Assembly (NCBI GenBank): GCA_900088475.1
Contig: FLMG01000154.1
Coordinates: 182,744-246,743, forward strand
Reading direction: 5' to 3'
Length of the DNA: 64,000 bases
From: Hyphochytrium catenoides
Taxonomy: Eukaryota; Protista; Hyphochytriomycota
The translations under genes were made by a program, and so were the position numbers. This document shows positions 1 to 12,976 of this stretch, one piece after another. Under the pieces are notes generated by a model, which saw nothing but the letters and a program-made list of their open reading frames with translations, ran no database searches and was not told the origin of the DNA. The stretch's first letter is position 1; every line of letters begins with the position of its first letter.

Positions 1-3000
1 CGACATGCGTATTTGTGAGGGCTCCGAATTATCACACAGACTTACCAGGGCATCTATTGGCCTTTCTTTGACATAGAGGAGAGAAGATGAATGGGGGGAC
101 GAGTGGTAGCAGCGAGCATACTCCGCAGTGACGAGGGAAAGGCTCAACTAAGGGAGAGATGAGGGACGGCTATGAAGAAGATAGGCCTAATGTGCCCACG
201 GACGAATCGAGTAGAGAGGGATAATAGAGGCAGAAAAAATGATAGCAATGAAAGAGGAGAAACGTATCGAAGCTTAATGGACTGACCGAATAATAACCGG
301 CATTGGCCCTGGTTCGTACTGTCCCCAAGTCCATCGGATGGCGGATGACTGCATAATAGTCTGGACACATGTCCAGCTCTGAGTCCACTGGGCGGGCGAA
401 GGGCGCCTAGCAAGAGCGAATGGCAAAAAGAGCTTAGTGATCCTTGTGTGCCGCCCGATACAGAGCGCTCCGTGAGATGCATGAAAACGCAAGGAAGCAA
501 GATGAGGAGAGGGTAATCAAGTTCAGCAGGAAAGGACTCGATGGTCATTCAGTGAATGGAGATCAGCACTGGGGCTGCGGCTCTCAACGCTACTTCGGAC
601 TTACGGCAATCTCCTCTCGAAGTAACCTCTCCACTATGTCCGTACATAGCCTTTCTATGATCATCTGCTCTCTTTGTTCTCTCACTTCATCTGCGTCTTG
701 TGCTAGCGGTTCAGCCGGTATGTAGCTAAAGTCTAAGCCCGTCAGGGCCTTTCCAATATCCAGCACCTCTGAGGGAGAAAGGAGCTGGATGCCAGAAGAG
801 GGAGTCGGAAGCAGCGTCTCCTCTGGCTCAGAAGTCCGTGAGAATCTCCTTTCTGCCCTTATGGACCTAAGTGAGTCGCAGCCAGGCAGGACATATAGAA
901 CGAGTGTCAGTGAACGAGGTACATAGAGTGGAAAAGCACGTCTCGTCTGCCTGAATAAGAACAGAGAGCAAGGGGCGGGGGAGGAGAGGGAGAGAACAAA
1001 GAATGAGAGATAGGGCGACAGAGGCAGTCGTAAAGGGCGATGCACTTGCTAGAGATAGTCCAGAGGATTATTAGAATGTCAAAGGCTGTGTCTCATTTGC
1101 ATGCAGACATTAAATGAGGTCTTCCACCTTACCTTTGAGAGACGACTGAACCTTTCGGTGTCACTTCCGCTGTCCGACTTCTTGTCTTTCTTTCCTCCTG
1201 GGCGGTTAGCTAGAAGGAGAGAGGTCAGATAAGGTTATCAGCTGCACACTTAGAGCTGGATTAAGAGAAAAGCTGCTTGAACCGACAGAGGATATTTTTG
1301 ATATGCCTACCGGTTTTTCATCTGTAAGTTGGCTCCTAATGCTGGCCACCGCCACCCTCGCTGACTGTCTGGCAGGTAGCAGAGCACCCAGAAAGGTGTG
1401 TCGTCGCTTTTTCTCTGCAACCTTTGCAGCTGCCTCCTGTTCATGATAGATCTGGCCGAGCCGCTCGACAAGGCTAGGACAAGGAATTGTTAGCGCTGGA
1501 TCAAAAGAGAAGAATGGGGACCTGTCTTGATATCCATCTGAGACTTTCCCAGCTCTCCTCAGGGTTATTGCATCCACCTACAATCGTCACTCACAGGCTA
1601 TGTCTCCAGCTCTTGTCACCTTCGTCAGGGCTGCCTCTGAGGTCCTTGATCAGCTGCTCCAGCTCTTCCAAACTAGTGGACACGACCGTCCACTTCCGTG
1701 TGTTACCTCCGTAACCTAGGACAGGATTGCAGTGCATGTTATGAGTGAACGTATGACTAAGACAAGCGGCGAGTCAGACTCCTAGCAAGATATACCGGAA
1801 GTCGACAATTGACACGCTGGCACAGGAGGAAGTGAGTCTTGTTGCTCCCAAGCAAAACCTGTCATCTTCGGACAGGGCCCTACCTGCGAAGAATGGAGGG
1901 GCCGGTGGAGCCTGGGCGAGTCGCCTCTTTACGAGCTCCCTTTCTTTCTTGAGGGCTTCTAATGCAGCTTCTGCCTGCAACTCTTCCCTACTCTTAGCTT
2001 CCTCTTCCTCGCCTTCTCCATCGTCCTCTCCTATCGCTGGACCATTCCCAGATCGCCTCCTCTTCTGTGGCTGATAGCTCTGTCTTCCCGTCCTCCTTGC
2101 CCCTCTCGGACTCGGCCTTTTCACAGGTGTAGGGGGCTTTGGCTGGGTCCTCCTGGGGATTCTCTGACTTCGTCTCTCTCCCCTTGCAGGAGGCTGCTTG
2201 GCAGGAGACATAGAAAGGGGTGGCGAGCTTATTGTGGAGCTCCTCCTTCTTCTCACAGGCCATCCTTGAGCCGCCTTAACCAGGCAGTCCATGCATTTCC
2301 ATCCTTTATCGTCTCTGCCGCAATCTACTGGTGGACGAGAATCCAACGAAGAGGGAAGCTTCCCACAGTCTATACAGACGAGCGGTGATGGCTCCTCCTC
2401 GTCCATATTTTGCTGTTCTCCCATTTGCTCTTTCCCATCCTGGCACTCTGTCCCTTGGTGGCCTTCCGTCCGGGTTCCGTTTTGGGGCGCATCTTCAACT
2501 ATCGCACAGTTGTCCTCTTCCCCTTCATCTCTCACTTCTTCTTCACCTTTGTTCTCGTCTTTTTCGGAGGAGGAAGAGGCAGACGATCCATCCTCTGCAT
2601 AACTAACCTTTGGACGCTTCCGCAGCCCTATTGCTGCTGGGAAAGAACTAGTTGATGGCCTCTGTTTGCCTTCCTCGACATCTTCTTTCTTCTCCTGCCC
2701 TTCTGGTGAAAGGGGTAGTTCCTGTGCCTCTTGTTCTTCTTGAAGTGTTGGCTTCTTGAGAGCCTCTCCTACGGGCTGGCAACCGATAAGTAAGTGTCAC
2801 AGTATATTAGGGTACGGACGAACGGGACGCACATCAAACGGTAGGGCTGGGGACAGGAAGAGGCGATAGGCACAATTAGTGCTGAAGGCGGGAAAGTGGA
2901 TGTAAGCTCCAAGCACTCCATGGAGAAAAGCTAAGTACGTGGCTGCACTCCTTTTACCTCTGCCTGCCCGTTGTCTGTCTGCTGCTCCTCATCGCCACTG

Positions 3001-5421
3001 CTATCACCCTGAAAATCCCCTTCTGGACAGACAAGGAGGATCTTGGAGGCATTTGCTTTCTTAATGGAATACTTCACAATCGCCCTCTCTCTTTTCCATA
3101 AAGGAACCTCTTCGCGATAGACCCAGCAGTGGTCGCCAAAGTACCAGTACATATGACCATTATCATCTTCTCCCAAGGGATCTGGCCGCTAAGATTAGGG
3201 GCGAAAACGAGGTGTAAACGTAAGGTGGAGAAATGTTTCGGAAGGTGAACACATTCGCAGCCCTTGATGTGCCATGCACTAAGGAGGCCATGGTTTGACG
3301 GGTTAACTCCCAGATAGGGGTAAAGGCGATGAGACCATAGCCTGGGTGTCAAAAGTCTTGCAAAAGTTAAATCGTGTTTCTTACCAGCATAGCCATTAGG
3401 GGGTTATTTAAATCCTTTCCGAGGTGCTGGACCGCGTCCTGTATGGAGCTACTCTCCTCCACCTTCCAATGGCAAAGGGCGTGCAGGAGTAGAACGCGGT
3501 TCTGTATGTCGAGTTGCTTATAGTCCTCTAAGCCATCCAGAGGGTTCTGTCTGAACCAGTGCCGCCACTTAAGCTTCACACGGTGCCACAGAGACCGCTG
3601 CCAGCTCTCTCTCCTATCGTTGGGGTGAAGCGAAGCATGTGAATGGATGAGATGGAGGAGCGGCAGCAAGACGGAGTTGCAGAGGAGCAGGCAAACGAAT
3701 ACTCGAGAGCTTGGCAAAGCGTATCTAGACCGTACATCTTGTCAAGAGAGTTCTCGTACGACTCCTTACACAGCCGTGCATGAACCTCAATCAGCAGCGC
3801 CGCCTGCTCAGAAGTAGAAGGTTGAGAGCAGATGGTCGAGTAAGAAGGTGTCGAATGGAACGGCCGTAAAAGGGTTGAGAAAGGCAAGACACCTCTCCTA
3901 ACGTTACCTGCGGGCCCCAGCCGTTCTCGTAGTTCAGAAGTGCTTGTTCCAGGTCCTAATAAAGGCGACAGAAACCGGGAGTTGGTAAGTTAGAGAGCAA
4001 TAGGTCATGAGGTCAGCCAGCTATCGGCCCCGGTTTAACAGTCACATATGAAGTCTTTAACAGATTATCACCGAGGTCTTGCTGCATAAAACGGTAACAA
4101 AGGTCAAGGCAAAGGTCCAACCCAGATTGTCCAAAGGCCAGTACGACCAGAAGTAGCCAAAGCTTCTGATGAAGAACAAGGAGGGTCCTGAAGGACCGAC
4201 CCGTCTTAAAGGTGACATTGAGAAGACGGTGAGATAAAGGAAGAAAAGGAATACCTGTCTCGATATTTCAGGAAGCCTGAGCTGTTTCTTGAACGCATTC
4301 AGTACCATGACTACTTCTGCGAGCTCATACATACCACGGACTATGTCCAATGGAGAGCGGTCCTCATCTCTCTCTCGCCTGTCAGCTCCATCAAAGCAAT
4401 ACAGTGGCTTTCTGCTATCTGTAAACGTGATGAGGTCCTCCGCCCAATCTTGCATCTCTTCTTCTCCCTCTTTGGGTGACGGAGCTGAAGGTTTAAGGTC
4501 TTGTCTGTCCTGCAGCATCCCTTCTTCAGCCACTTCAGCGTCCATCTCCGTGGCTTCCTCTTCAAGACTGCAAACCGTACTTTGGGGCTTGACGTGTCCC
4601 ATGAGCCCTTCCTTAGCTTGCACTGAGGCTAAACGCTTCCTCTCGTCCTCGGTTGCCTCCTCTTTTACGTTCGGTTTTCCTTCTTGTAGGCCAACACGGT
4701 GCCTGTCTTCGCTCTTGACGGCCGCAGCTTCAAGCTTGACATCTTTAAGCTCTGACTTTACCTCTCCCTGCCGTGGACCCCCACTACCTATCTTTCCTTT
4801 GTTCAAAGAATGCTCTGATGTCTGAGGTCTCTCCTTCTGTCCTTCCGCCTCTGGCTCTCCGACTCTCCTTAATCCAGTGCATCGGTTCCTAGCTTCCGGG
4901 CCACGTTGAAGCGTCCTTAACTCTTCAGTCCCTTCCCCTTGCTCCTGATCGGCTCTCTTCGTGCCCTGCTCCACTTCGGCATGACCCAATTTAGCGTCTT
5001 CGGCACTGTGGTTAAGCTGCTCCGACTGCTCTTCATTGCCTATTCTTTGTTGAGTCTTCGGTGCCTCCTCCCTCCTGCTCTCCTCCTTAGACCATTCTTC
5101 CGTCCGTGGCTGAAGGTTGTCAATCCGTTCCTGAGCATCTATCTCCGGCCTTCGCCCATTACTCTGGTAATCGCTGGCTTGGTTGGGGGCGCCCAGCTGG
5201 CCGTTATCAGAGTTAGTCGATTGGCGACTAGAGTTGGCCACCCCCTTGAAGTCCCTGTGCTCGCCCCTCTCTACTTCAGACGTTGGGCTGCGTTGTGCTG
5301 TCACTGGCAAAACATTGTCCCCTATATGCTCTTTGTCTAACCGTAGCCCAGAGGGTGGTCCCATGTTTGCCTCCTGGGCCAGGGAGTCGCTGCTAGTTGG
5401 ACTCGTCTGTTCGCCCTCCAT
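1..5421 (-). CDS. DDT/WHIM-domain, degenerate PHD and bromodomain chromatin protein (CECR2/BAZ/RSF1-like ISWI partner); multi-exon, 3' end runs off the window start
   Basis: Exon 1 (5421-4255) is acidic low-complexity and ends in DDT-like ELAEVVMVLNAFKKQLRLPEIS. WHIM1-like YKQLDIQNRVLLLHALCHW (3367-3717 ORF). WHIM2/WSD-like PLGEDDNGHMYWYFGDH (~3180-3130). CIDC...WKCMDC Cys cluster. Bromodomain PVDSELDMCPDYYAVIRHPMDLGTV (388-290). Confidence 0.85.
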
Positions 5422-5567
5422 CGCTTACACTCTAGCTCTGCTGCTCAGCCGCGAGGACGCGAGCAGAGGTATGGATGGAGAAGGAGTACACCATTGACCT
5501 CGTCATTCTTCTCCTCTTTCATCATACTAACCTCATAACCCGATGGGACCAGGCATAGCGCCCGCCG

Positions 5568-5627
5568 AAAGCACCTGCTACCGACGGAGCCCTAACTAAA
5601 GCACCTGCTACCGACGGAGCCCTAACT
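5568..5627. repeat. Perfect 30-bp tandem duplication (aaagcacctgctaccgacggagccctaact x2)
   Basis: Two identical copies at 5568-5597 and 5598-5627, upstream of the bromodomain gene start. Confidence 0.95.
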
Positions 5628-5939
5628 AGAGCAAGAGAGACGCTGATGAACCTCTTCCGAGACGGAAGCCTGTTGGCCTTTTGTTTCGCTGCTTCTCCAC
5701 TTTAACCTCTTGACTTAGGCCAGGCCCCTCACTAGCCGGGGGGGTGGTTGTCCTATGAACGGCTCTTGCTGCTGCAGTGACTTTTTCAACGCGTAAGGAT
5801 GATGCCTCTTGCCTTCACTGGAGCTTCCGTGGTGCTTCTTGTGCCTTCTCGTACGGCCTGCGTCCATGGAAGGTGAGAGGCGAAGAACGCGCAGAAGCAT
5901 GATGGATGATGGGAGAGTAGGGCAGCGCAGGGGCTAGAG

Positions 5940-6080
5940 CAAGACAGATAGACAGACAGAGAGGACCGAGGCAGGAGACAGAGGAGAAAAAGCAGGTAGG
6001 AGATGAGAGAAAGAAGGAAGTGGAAGATAGAGAGAGATAGACAGACAGAGATAGAAAGAGAGAGAGAGAGAGGAAGGAGT
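5940..6080. repeat. (GA)n-rich microsatellite / purine tract
   Basis: Directly visible; it generates spurious Leu/Ser ORFs. Confidence 0.9.
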
Positions 6081-6379
6081 GAAAAGGGAGGGAACGCCAA
6101 ACACACCAAAAGGTCAAGTTCCATCAGGAGGGAGGGGGGTGTAGTAATGCTTTCCCTTCACACAAGCCCTAGGGATAAGCTTGGATGGCATAGTGATACG
6201 CCACACACTTTCAAACCTATGGGACTCATGTCAAGATCCCTCAGATCTGATCAAGGGAGGGACCTCCTTTAGTTAATCATAGATTGATTGATCTTTATGA
6301 TAACTGTTCCCTTGATGGATTGGTACGTAGGTCTCATTCAGGGTCTCATTCAAGGTGTCCAAGGTCCAAGGTCTCCTCA

Positions 6380-6484
6380 ATCTCTCGTCTCTTTCGTCTC
6401 TTTCGTCTCTTTCTCACTCTCTCCATTCTCTCTCTGTCACTCACTCTCTTTCTCTCTCTCTCTCCCCCTCTGTATCTCTCTCTG

Positions 6485-6518
<34 letters not shown>

Positions 6519-6530
6519 ACTCTCTCATGC
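6380..6530. repeat. (CT)n-rich microsatellite
   Basis: Directly visible. Confidence 0.9.
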
Positions 6531-6950
6531 TTTCTCTTGATAGTGACCACAACAGGGATGAACAAGGAGCTGTGAGGTGACTCAACAGATCTGCCACACA
6601 TCGTTAAGTCGGGCGGAAGGAGGAAGCAGGAGATGAAGACGCTTTGGGATAGCAGCCATAGAAAGGTCTTCAGGAGTAAAGTCAAATCTTGGTGGAAAGC
6701 TCAAGCCAGCTAGAGCACAAGGATGATGCTTCTGAAACAGCTAGTCTAGGAGACTCCATCATACAACATAGCGTGTCTAGTTGCGCATGATTGTAGAAGA
6801 GGCACTATAAGCTGCTAAAAAAGGTGCTGCAGACTTTGAATAGAAGAGGAGAAGGACGTTGCTCAAACCAATAGTAGAACTATCTCGCTGACTTGCCCAA
6901 TTGCCTGCGTGCTAAGCGCAATTGAGACTGTACTACTTCAACCCTTAACC

Positions 6951-8258
6951 ATGACGACAGCAGGGTTGACACTGCACTGGAACCCGCGACTGGTTCACCT
7001 TCTCAAGGACAAGCTAACCAGTTTTGCACGGGCAGGTGCAGCCAGGCGAGCGCTACCTTGCTCCAGCCCAAAGCCCAGTCCACAAACCTCGTTTGGAGGC
7101 AGCCATCTCCTACAGTATCGATGGAGCAGTTCGCCTGGATCGTGGTCGCCCGGCACTTGTCGAAAGCGGCCCTTACTCTCCTCAACCGCAGGCTTCCTGC
7201 CAGAACTTCGTCCTAGTGAACTCGGACACAGATATCTCAGCACGGGTTCCGCGTCCAGCCGCCGAAGACCTAAGAAAAGGGTGACAGAGAACGGTGTAAA
7301 GACGAAACTCCAGCTTCAGGATGTTCTCGTCTACCAAGTAGAGAACAATAAGTTCGGCACTTTGCGCTTTGCTAACGGCGCAGTTGCACTTCAGTTCTGG
7401 ACATCAGCGCTTGCATCTGGTATCTGGTTGTACAAAGACTTCAATCAAGTGGTGGCTGATCACGTCTTGCCTGAGGTATGACCTCGCAGACTATCGCTTT
7501 ACCCACCATCTGCTGCTGCACGCACGTACCTTGTGTTCTACCCAAAATCTCCATCTCTCCGGTTTACGCTTGTAGTTGCGTCTACATCTGCTAGCATCTA
7601 ATACTGAAGTTGCTAATAACTCCTCTCTACTAGCAAATTTTTCTTTGGGGTGCTTTTGGAGCAGCTTCGGGTACGTGCTACGAGCGACCAGGTCACTACC
7701 TTTTCAGACAGTAATCACGTTTTTTATCCTGCACAGCCATCCTCTTCGCCGGGCTCTCCTATGTGAACAAGCGTATCGCTACGAGTATCAAGGTGCGGGC
7801 ATTTATCCCAGTAGTCTCGAGAAGAAAAAACGAAAGCGCCGGTGCGGCCCAGGACTTTCGACTGGAGTCGATAGCGGTAACAAATAATGCGCTTTTTTCT
7901 AAGCAGGAGCAAGTTATTCTAGCCAAAGGTAGTTGCCCTGATGAATGCGTCATCCTACGTCTTTCAGGCTTGCGTCTTCATTCTTTGCCTAGGGTATCTA
8001 TCCGGCGTTTACCACTACAGTACCCTCATTCCCATTGTCGATTCCGCAGATATTGTTGGAGGCAGCATCCATCCGGAGGACCAGGATAGGCTATCGCGAA
8101 TAAGGTTGAGTTCTGGTGATAGCCTCCTCCTCTACCTTCCCGGAGGAAATATCCGCGAAAAGACTATGTTGCGAAAGCTAGCGGACTTCGTAAACAGTCG
8201 CGTTCCTTCAGCCACAGAAGGTGACCAGACATCTGTAACACGACATCCCACTGCATAG
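6951..8258 (+). CDS. Putative mitochondrial inner-membrane protein, TMEM223/TMEM186-like (two TM helices), about 4 exons
   Basis: Arg/Ser-rich, acid-poor presequence-like N-terminus, then DVLVYQVENNKFGTLRFANGAVALQFWTSALASGIWLY (TM1). Spliced exons give QIFLWGAFGAAS / AILFAGLSYVNKRIATSIK (TM2). Final exon is ORF 7941-8258. The family call rests on recalled architecture only. Confidence 0.45.
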
Positions 8259-8439
8259 AGAGGTGAGCCAGCACCATGACGATTTCAGCTGTTCCGGCAG
8301 ACAGCAAACTAGGCTATTATTATCCCATGAAAGGGCACCGCCCACAGTACCACCAGCGTTGCTGATGGGATTGGCCCACTGGCTTCCGTAAGAGACACAT
8401 TGTAGATGGAAGGGATGGAAAATAGGAAGTGAGCATTCT

Positions 8440-9221
8440 TTACCCACGTTGTACTTCAAGAGTGGTCTCTCTCCGCTGTGCTTTATGGTCGAGGCGGTTC
8501 CCTCTTGCACTCCTCTTCACCTCGATCGACAGCTAATTTCCTACACTTCCTATGTCTAGCAGACCTCTCTCTGAGACTCTACATATCCTATTCGATCTTG
8601 GTCTTGTTCTTACAGTCCTCGAAGACGGCTGTCCACTCGACTCTGCTGGCACCTCGTTACCTGGTGGAAGAGCGATCTTTGGTTTGCAGCGCGTACATCT
8701 AACGGGCATGTGAGGATGTCTTGATGTCTCACATCGAAGGGATGAAGGACAGAATGGCTTTTCACCACGAAAAGAATCAATTTGCATTCTGAAAGAATCA
8801 ATGTCATTGATCTGTAATCTTAACAATAATCGCTATCAGTGTGGTAGTTACCATAGTCTGTAAGATGCTCTTCTCGAACCTGATCAACAAGAGGAGGAGA
8901 TGATGATGGAGATACACTCAGGATGTCCATCATACAACGGCACGCTAGATAGAGATACATGGTATGAGACAGAGGGACGAAGAGATGTGGCGATAAGGTA
9001 AAAAAGAGATAGGAGGTTGTCAGAAAGAGTAGGATAGAGCTGCTCACCCAGAGCAGCTTCATCCGATAAGACACGTGGATTGTGCTCTTCATCTTCTATC
9101 ATCGGCTGAAGGCCCTGCAGCTCAGTCTCTCTCTAACCTTTGTACGAGTGACTTCCCTTATGATAGAGCGTCCGACTGCCACGGGGAAAGCTCACACCAC
9201 AGGTCTTTCTCCAGGTGACAT
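8440..9221 (-). CDS. Hypothetical small protein (~110 aa, 5 exons), divergent from DNAJC3
   Basis: Phase-consistent GT-AG joins give MSPGERPV-RETELQGLQPMIEDEEHNPRVLSDEAAL-ACRCMMDIL...EEHLTDY-DVRAANQRSLFHQ-LSIEVKR...QRG*. No recognisable domain. Confidence 0.3.
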
Positions 9222-9293
9222 CTGTCTTCTCCTCTTCGACGGAGGGAGGAAGTCTCGGCCCCAAATACTTGGGAGAAGCTCAGTCCTGGCATA

Positions 9294-12200
9294 ATGCTAG
9301 TCTTCGTTGTAGCTGTCCTGCTGGTACGTTGGTATCAGATAGTACCATGGGTTACTGATGAGCTAAGCAGGCTTTCAGGTTGCAGTTGCGCCTGGCCACT
9401 GTCAGAGCGCCAGCAGCACGGATGGCCTCAGCTTGGGCAAAATCCGTGCAATGGCCGACACCGCCTTTATCAACAGTCAGGATGACGAGGTGCGTAGGTG
9501 AAGACGTGGAAGGGAGCACCGCGCCCTAGCTTATGAAAGTGCTGTGTAGGCCTACAAGCTATATTCTCAAGCTATATCGATGGACCCTAAGAATGAGAAG
9601 ATGTACTATCAGGTATAGCAGCTTGAAGGCACGCGGCCCTACCTCTCTCTTACCATTGGCGAACGGTTGTCCGTCTCCCATCTCCCCCTGCAATCTCTTC
9701 GTGATTATCAGACCGAAAGAAAGTCCAGCGCTCACATCTTCTCCAAGATTCCATCTCTCTTCCACCTTCATCCCAATCGTTTGGCGTCCTGGTCCTTTCC
9801 CCGTTCACCCACCTCGATTGCTCTCTTTCCTGCGCTATCTCCTCCGCTTGTCTTGCTTTATCCTCAATCTTCGCAATGAGAGGTCGCGGCAGCTGGTGAT
9901 ACTAATGCGTCGGTCTCATGCTCTAGCGCTTTCGAGTTCTCCTCCGGCAAAGGAAGTTTAGCAAGGGAATCAAAGACCTTTCGTCTGCTATAGAGATCAA
10001 TCCCAAGTTTGCTACAGTAAGTAAGCTGTGCTATCACCCGCTCTTTCCTTCCTCTCTTCTATCGCCATCATGACTATCCCCTATGTCGCTAGTCGTTCCT
10101 GTTTACCACTGGCCTCTTTCATTTCGATGTCATCTCTGTCTTAGGCATGTTCATCCGCTGGCTTTCTCTACAGCTCTCTCTACTATTTCCTAGTGTCTAA
10201 CCCTAGTTCCCGGGCTAGGCCTACAACCAAAGAGGAAGGTTATTGAAGATGCTTGGGAATTGTGCAGAGGCCAAAGCTGACTTTGAAAAGTATCGCAGGT
10301 ACTCCTGTCAGTCAACAGACTCCCACGATCTCTTGTCTTTGTGTTTGATCCTTCTTGTCTTGAGGTACTTCCGGGGTGCGCGGGGGCTGATTGACCCTTA
10401 GGTGAAGCGCCATGCCTAACGTTTCCAATGTTCTCCCATCGCGTGTCCCACTTTCCAATGCTCTATTAGTCTCGAAAGCAAAGCGTCAGTGGAGAAGGAG
10501 TTAGATGGTGCAAACCGCTGCATGAGTCATCTAGCAGCAGCCGAGCAAGCCCAAGCTAGAAATGATTATACCAGAGCTTACGCAGAGCTATCGGCAGTCC
10601 TGGAGGTAGCCACTAGTAGTGAGAAGCTTCTGCTGCATCGAGCCATGGTTAGGTATGAGCAAGAAACCCTCGACTCAATTCTTGAATAACTCGGCTCAAT
10701 ATGTCAATACCTTGCTCCTGAGCATTGGTGACCTTCCCTTATTGCTTTCATTTGCTTGTTCTACCTCCTCATGCCATCCACTGATGCGTCCCACAATCTA
10801 GCCATGCACTGGGTAACGTTTACGACATGCTGGAAGATACTCGGCAAGCTCTACGTTTGGACTCTTCTAATGTCCAGGCGCTGCAGCTCCGTGGCACAGC
10901 ATTCTATGAGGTACATTCGCACTCGATTCGCACGTCTCTGTCGTCCCAGTCTGTTATATCCCACTTACTAAATGACTGCAACTGACCCTTCCTGCCTATT
11001 GGCTCTCCAGCTTGGGGATCAGGAATCACTGGTGAATGCCTTCAACGTTTATCGCAAGGCCCTGGTGTACGACCCAGACCACAAAGGTATCAGGGGCGAG
11101 TATCGAAAGGTAAAGACAGAGCTTTCTTTTTCGGAGTCCTCTTCCTGCACTGTTCCTTGATCTGGTACATCTTTCTTAGCTCTTGGTGTTTCCGGCCTCA
11201 CACGTTTACATCTATTCACTAATAGACTTCTGGTCGCCTCATTTGTGCCCTCAGCTGAAGAAGCTGATCAAGCTCTTAGAAAATGGCAGGAAGGAGTTCG
11301 ATAGTGGCAAGTAAGTGAGGTGCACCTTCGCTCAGTCAAGTGTACAGTTCCTGACGTAGCTCTCAGCTGTTTTATATTCATAACTTATCAATCCCGCCAT
11401 CAGTGTCAGAACTTGCATACTATTGCTGTGTGGCAATAGCGCATACGCTCGGTTCAAAAGGGCATAACCTTCATCTAGCTAACCTGCTTTATTCTGGTTG
11501 TTGTAGGTACAAGGACGCTGTAGAGTCCTTTGAAGACGCTGCTTCCATTGACCCAAGCCACATGATGACTCAGCGTGAATGCCGGCTATTTATATGCAAG
11601 AGTCAAGTGAAACTCTCGCAGCCAAAGGATGCAAGAACTAACTGCCAAAAGGTGTTGCCATAGCTCTTCGCCTTTCGACAAGATACGCATCTCCTCCTCC
11701 AAGCCCAGTCCTACTCCCACTCCATAGCTCTTCGCCTCTCGACAAGATACGCATCTCCTCCTCCAAGCCCAGTCCTACTCCCACTCCTAGCACACCCCAT
11801 CTCTGCTTGCGTCTGCGTAATCAGCATCGTGGTGCACAAAGAATTATAACGTTAACTTGGACTGCTCAGTCACGCCGCCGCTAATTTAGGCGGTTCCTTT
11901 TCTCAGGCTAACCTTTTCTGCCTTGCGCTTTATGCGCCATGGGGGTGCAGGTCTTAGACTTGGATCCCAACAATGCGCAGGCCCACGCCCAAATGGGAGA
12001 GGTTAGCATTCTACTGGAGGAATATGAGGAAGGCGTACGATGGTACAAGAGAGCAAGCGAACTCAACGAGCGGGATGAAGAGGTACACCAAAGCCCAGGG
12101 CAGCGTAATTTCTTTCATTGCCACTTTTACTTCTAATAATCGCGGACTGTGCTTACTGTAGCTATGTTCTGACTGTTCCTTCCCTTAGCAACCCGCATCT

Positions 12201-12976
12201 GAAAGGCGAAAGCCTTCCTTCTGCTATCTCTTGCACTGAGTCTGTGGCCTATAATGTCTTCACACTTGCTCTCTTCCTGTGGATGACGCTTAGATACAAG
12301 AAGGGCTTCGAAGGGCTGAGGCTGCGCTGAAACAGAGCAAGAACAAAGATTACTATAAGATCCTTGGTAAGTGTCTGCGACTAAGATCGAAAGGAGATAT
12401 GCAGGAACCACAAGAGGATAGCTTTAGAGGGACAGGAAGAGTTGCTCTTCTTACCATCAGCTACACCTTTAGGTGTATCGCGCAGTGCCAGTCAGAAGGA
12501 AATCAAGAGTGCTTATCGCAAGATGGCTCTTAAATGGCACCCAGATAGGACTCAGGAGGTAAGAAGCATAAATTCTAGGTTGTCAATAGTCGGTAGAAGA
12601 TCAGGATGACGATCCAAATCTGCGTCCTTGTCGTTGCACAGGAGGAGAAAGAAAAGGCAGAAAGGATGTTCCAGGATCTGTCTGAAGCTTATGAAGTGCT
12701 TTCCAATGAAGGTCAGCGCGATGAACAAGTCTTTTGCCCGCCAGGCGCTCTTCAGCTTTATGTTTCCTACCTTGTCCACGATTTTACCGTCTCTGAACGT
12801 TTGAGCGAACTTCTAAAGTCTTGTCTGCTCTTCATCTCGCATCGGCAGAAACCAAGGCAAAGTACGACCGAGGTGAAGATGTATTCCAGCCAGATCAGCA
12901 ACGAAGGGGACATGGTTTCCACGGGCATCCTTTCTTTCATGGTGGCCAACAGTTCCATTTTAGCTTTGGTTTCTAG
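9294..12976 (+). CDS. DNAJC3: DnaJ homolog subfamily C member 3 (P58IPK): signal peptide, TPR repeats, C-terminal J domain; about 14 exons
   Basis: Signal peptide [10 protein letters not shown]|[11 protein letters not shown] exons ([63 protein letters not shown]). J domain [33 protein letters not shown]...[13 protein letters not shown]-terminus KYDRGED...[17 protein letters not shown] (stop ends 12976). Confidence 0.92.
11659..11786. repeat. 64-bp tandem duplication (1 mismatch) in a DNAJC3 intron
   Basis: catagctcttcgcct(t/c)tcgacaagatacgcatctcctcctccaagcccagtcctactcccactc occurs twice. Confidence 0.9.

Noticed and set aside
5568-5627. 30-bp direct repeat resembling a CRISPR repeat
   Set aside because: Only two copies, no spacer, eukaryotic context.
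5786-6685. Many Leu/Ser- or Arg/Glu-rich ORFs
   Set aside because: Translations of CT/GA microsatellites; the same applies to 35258-36469.
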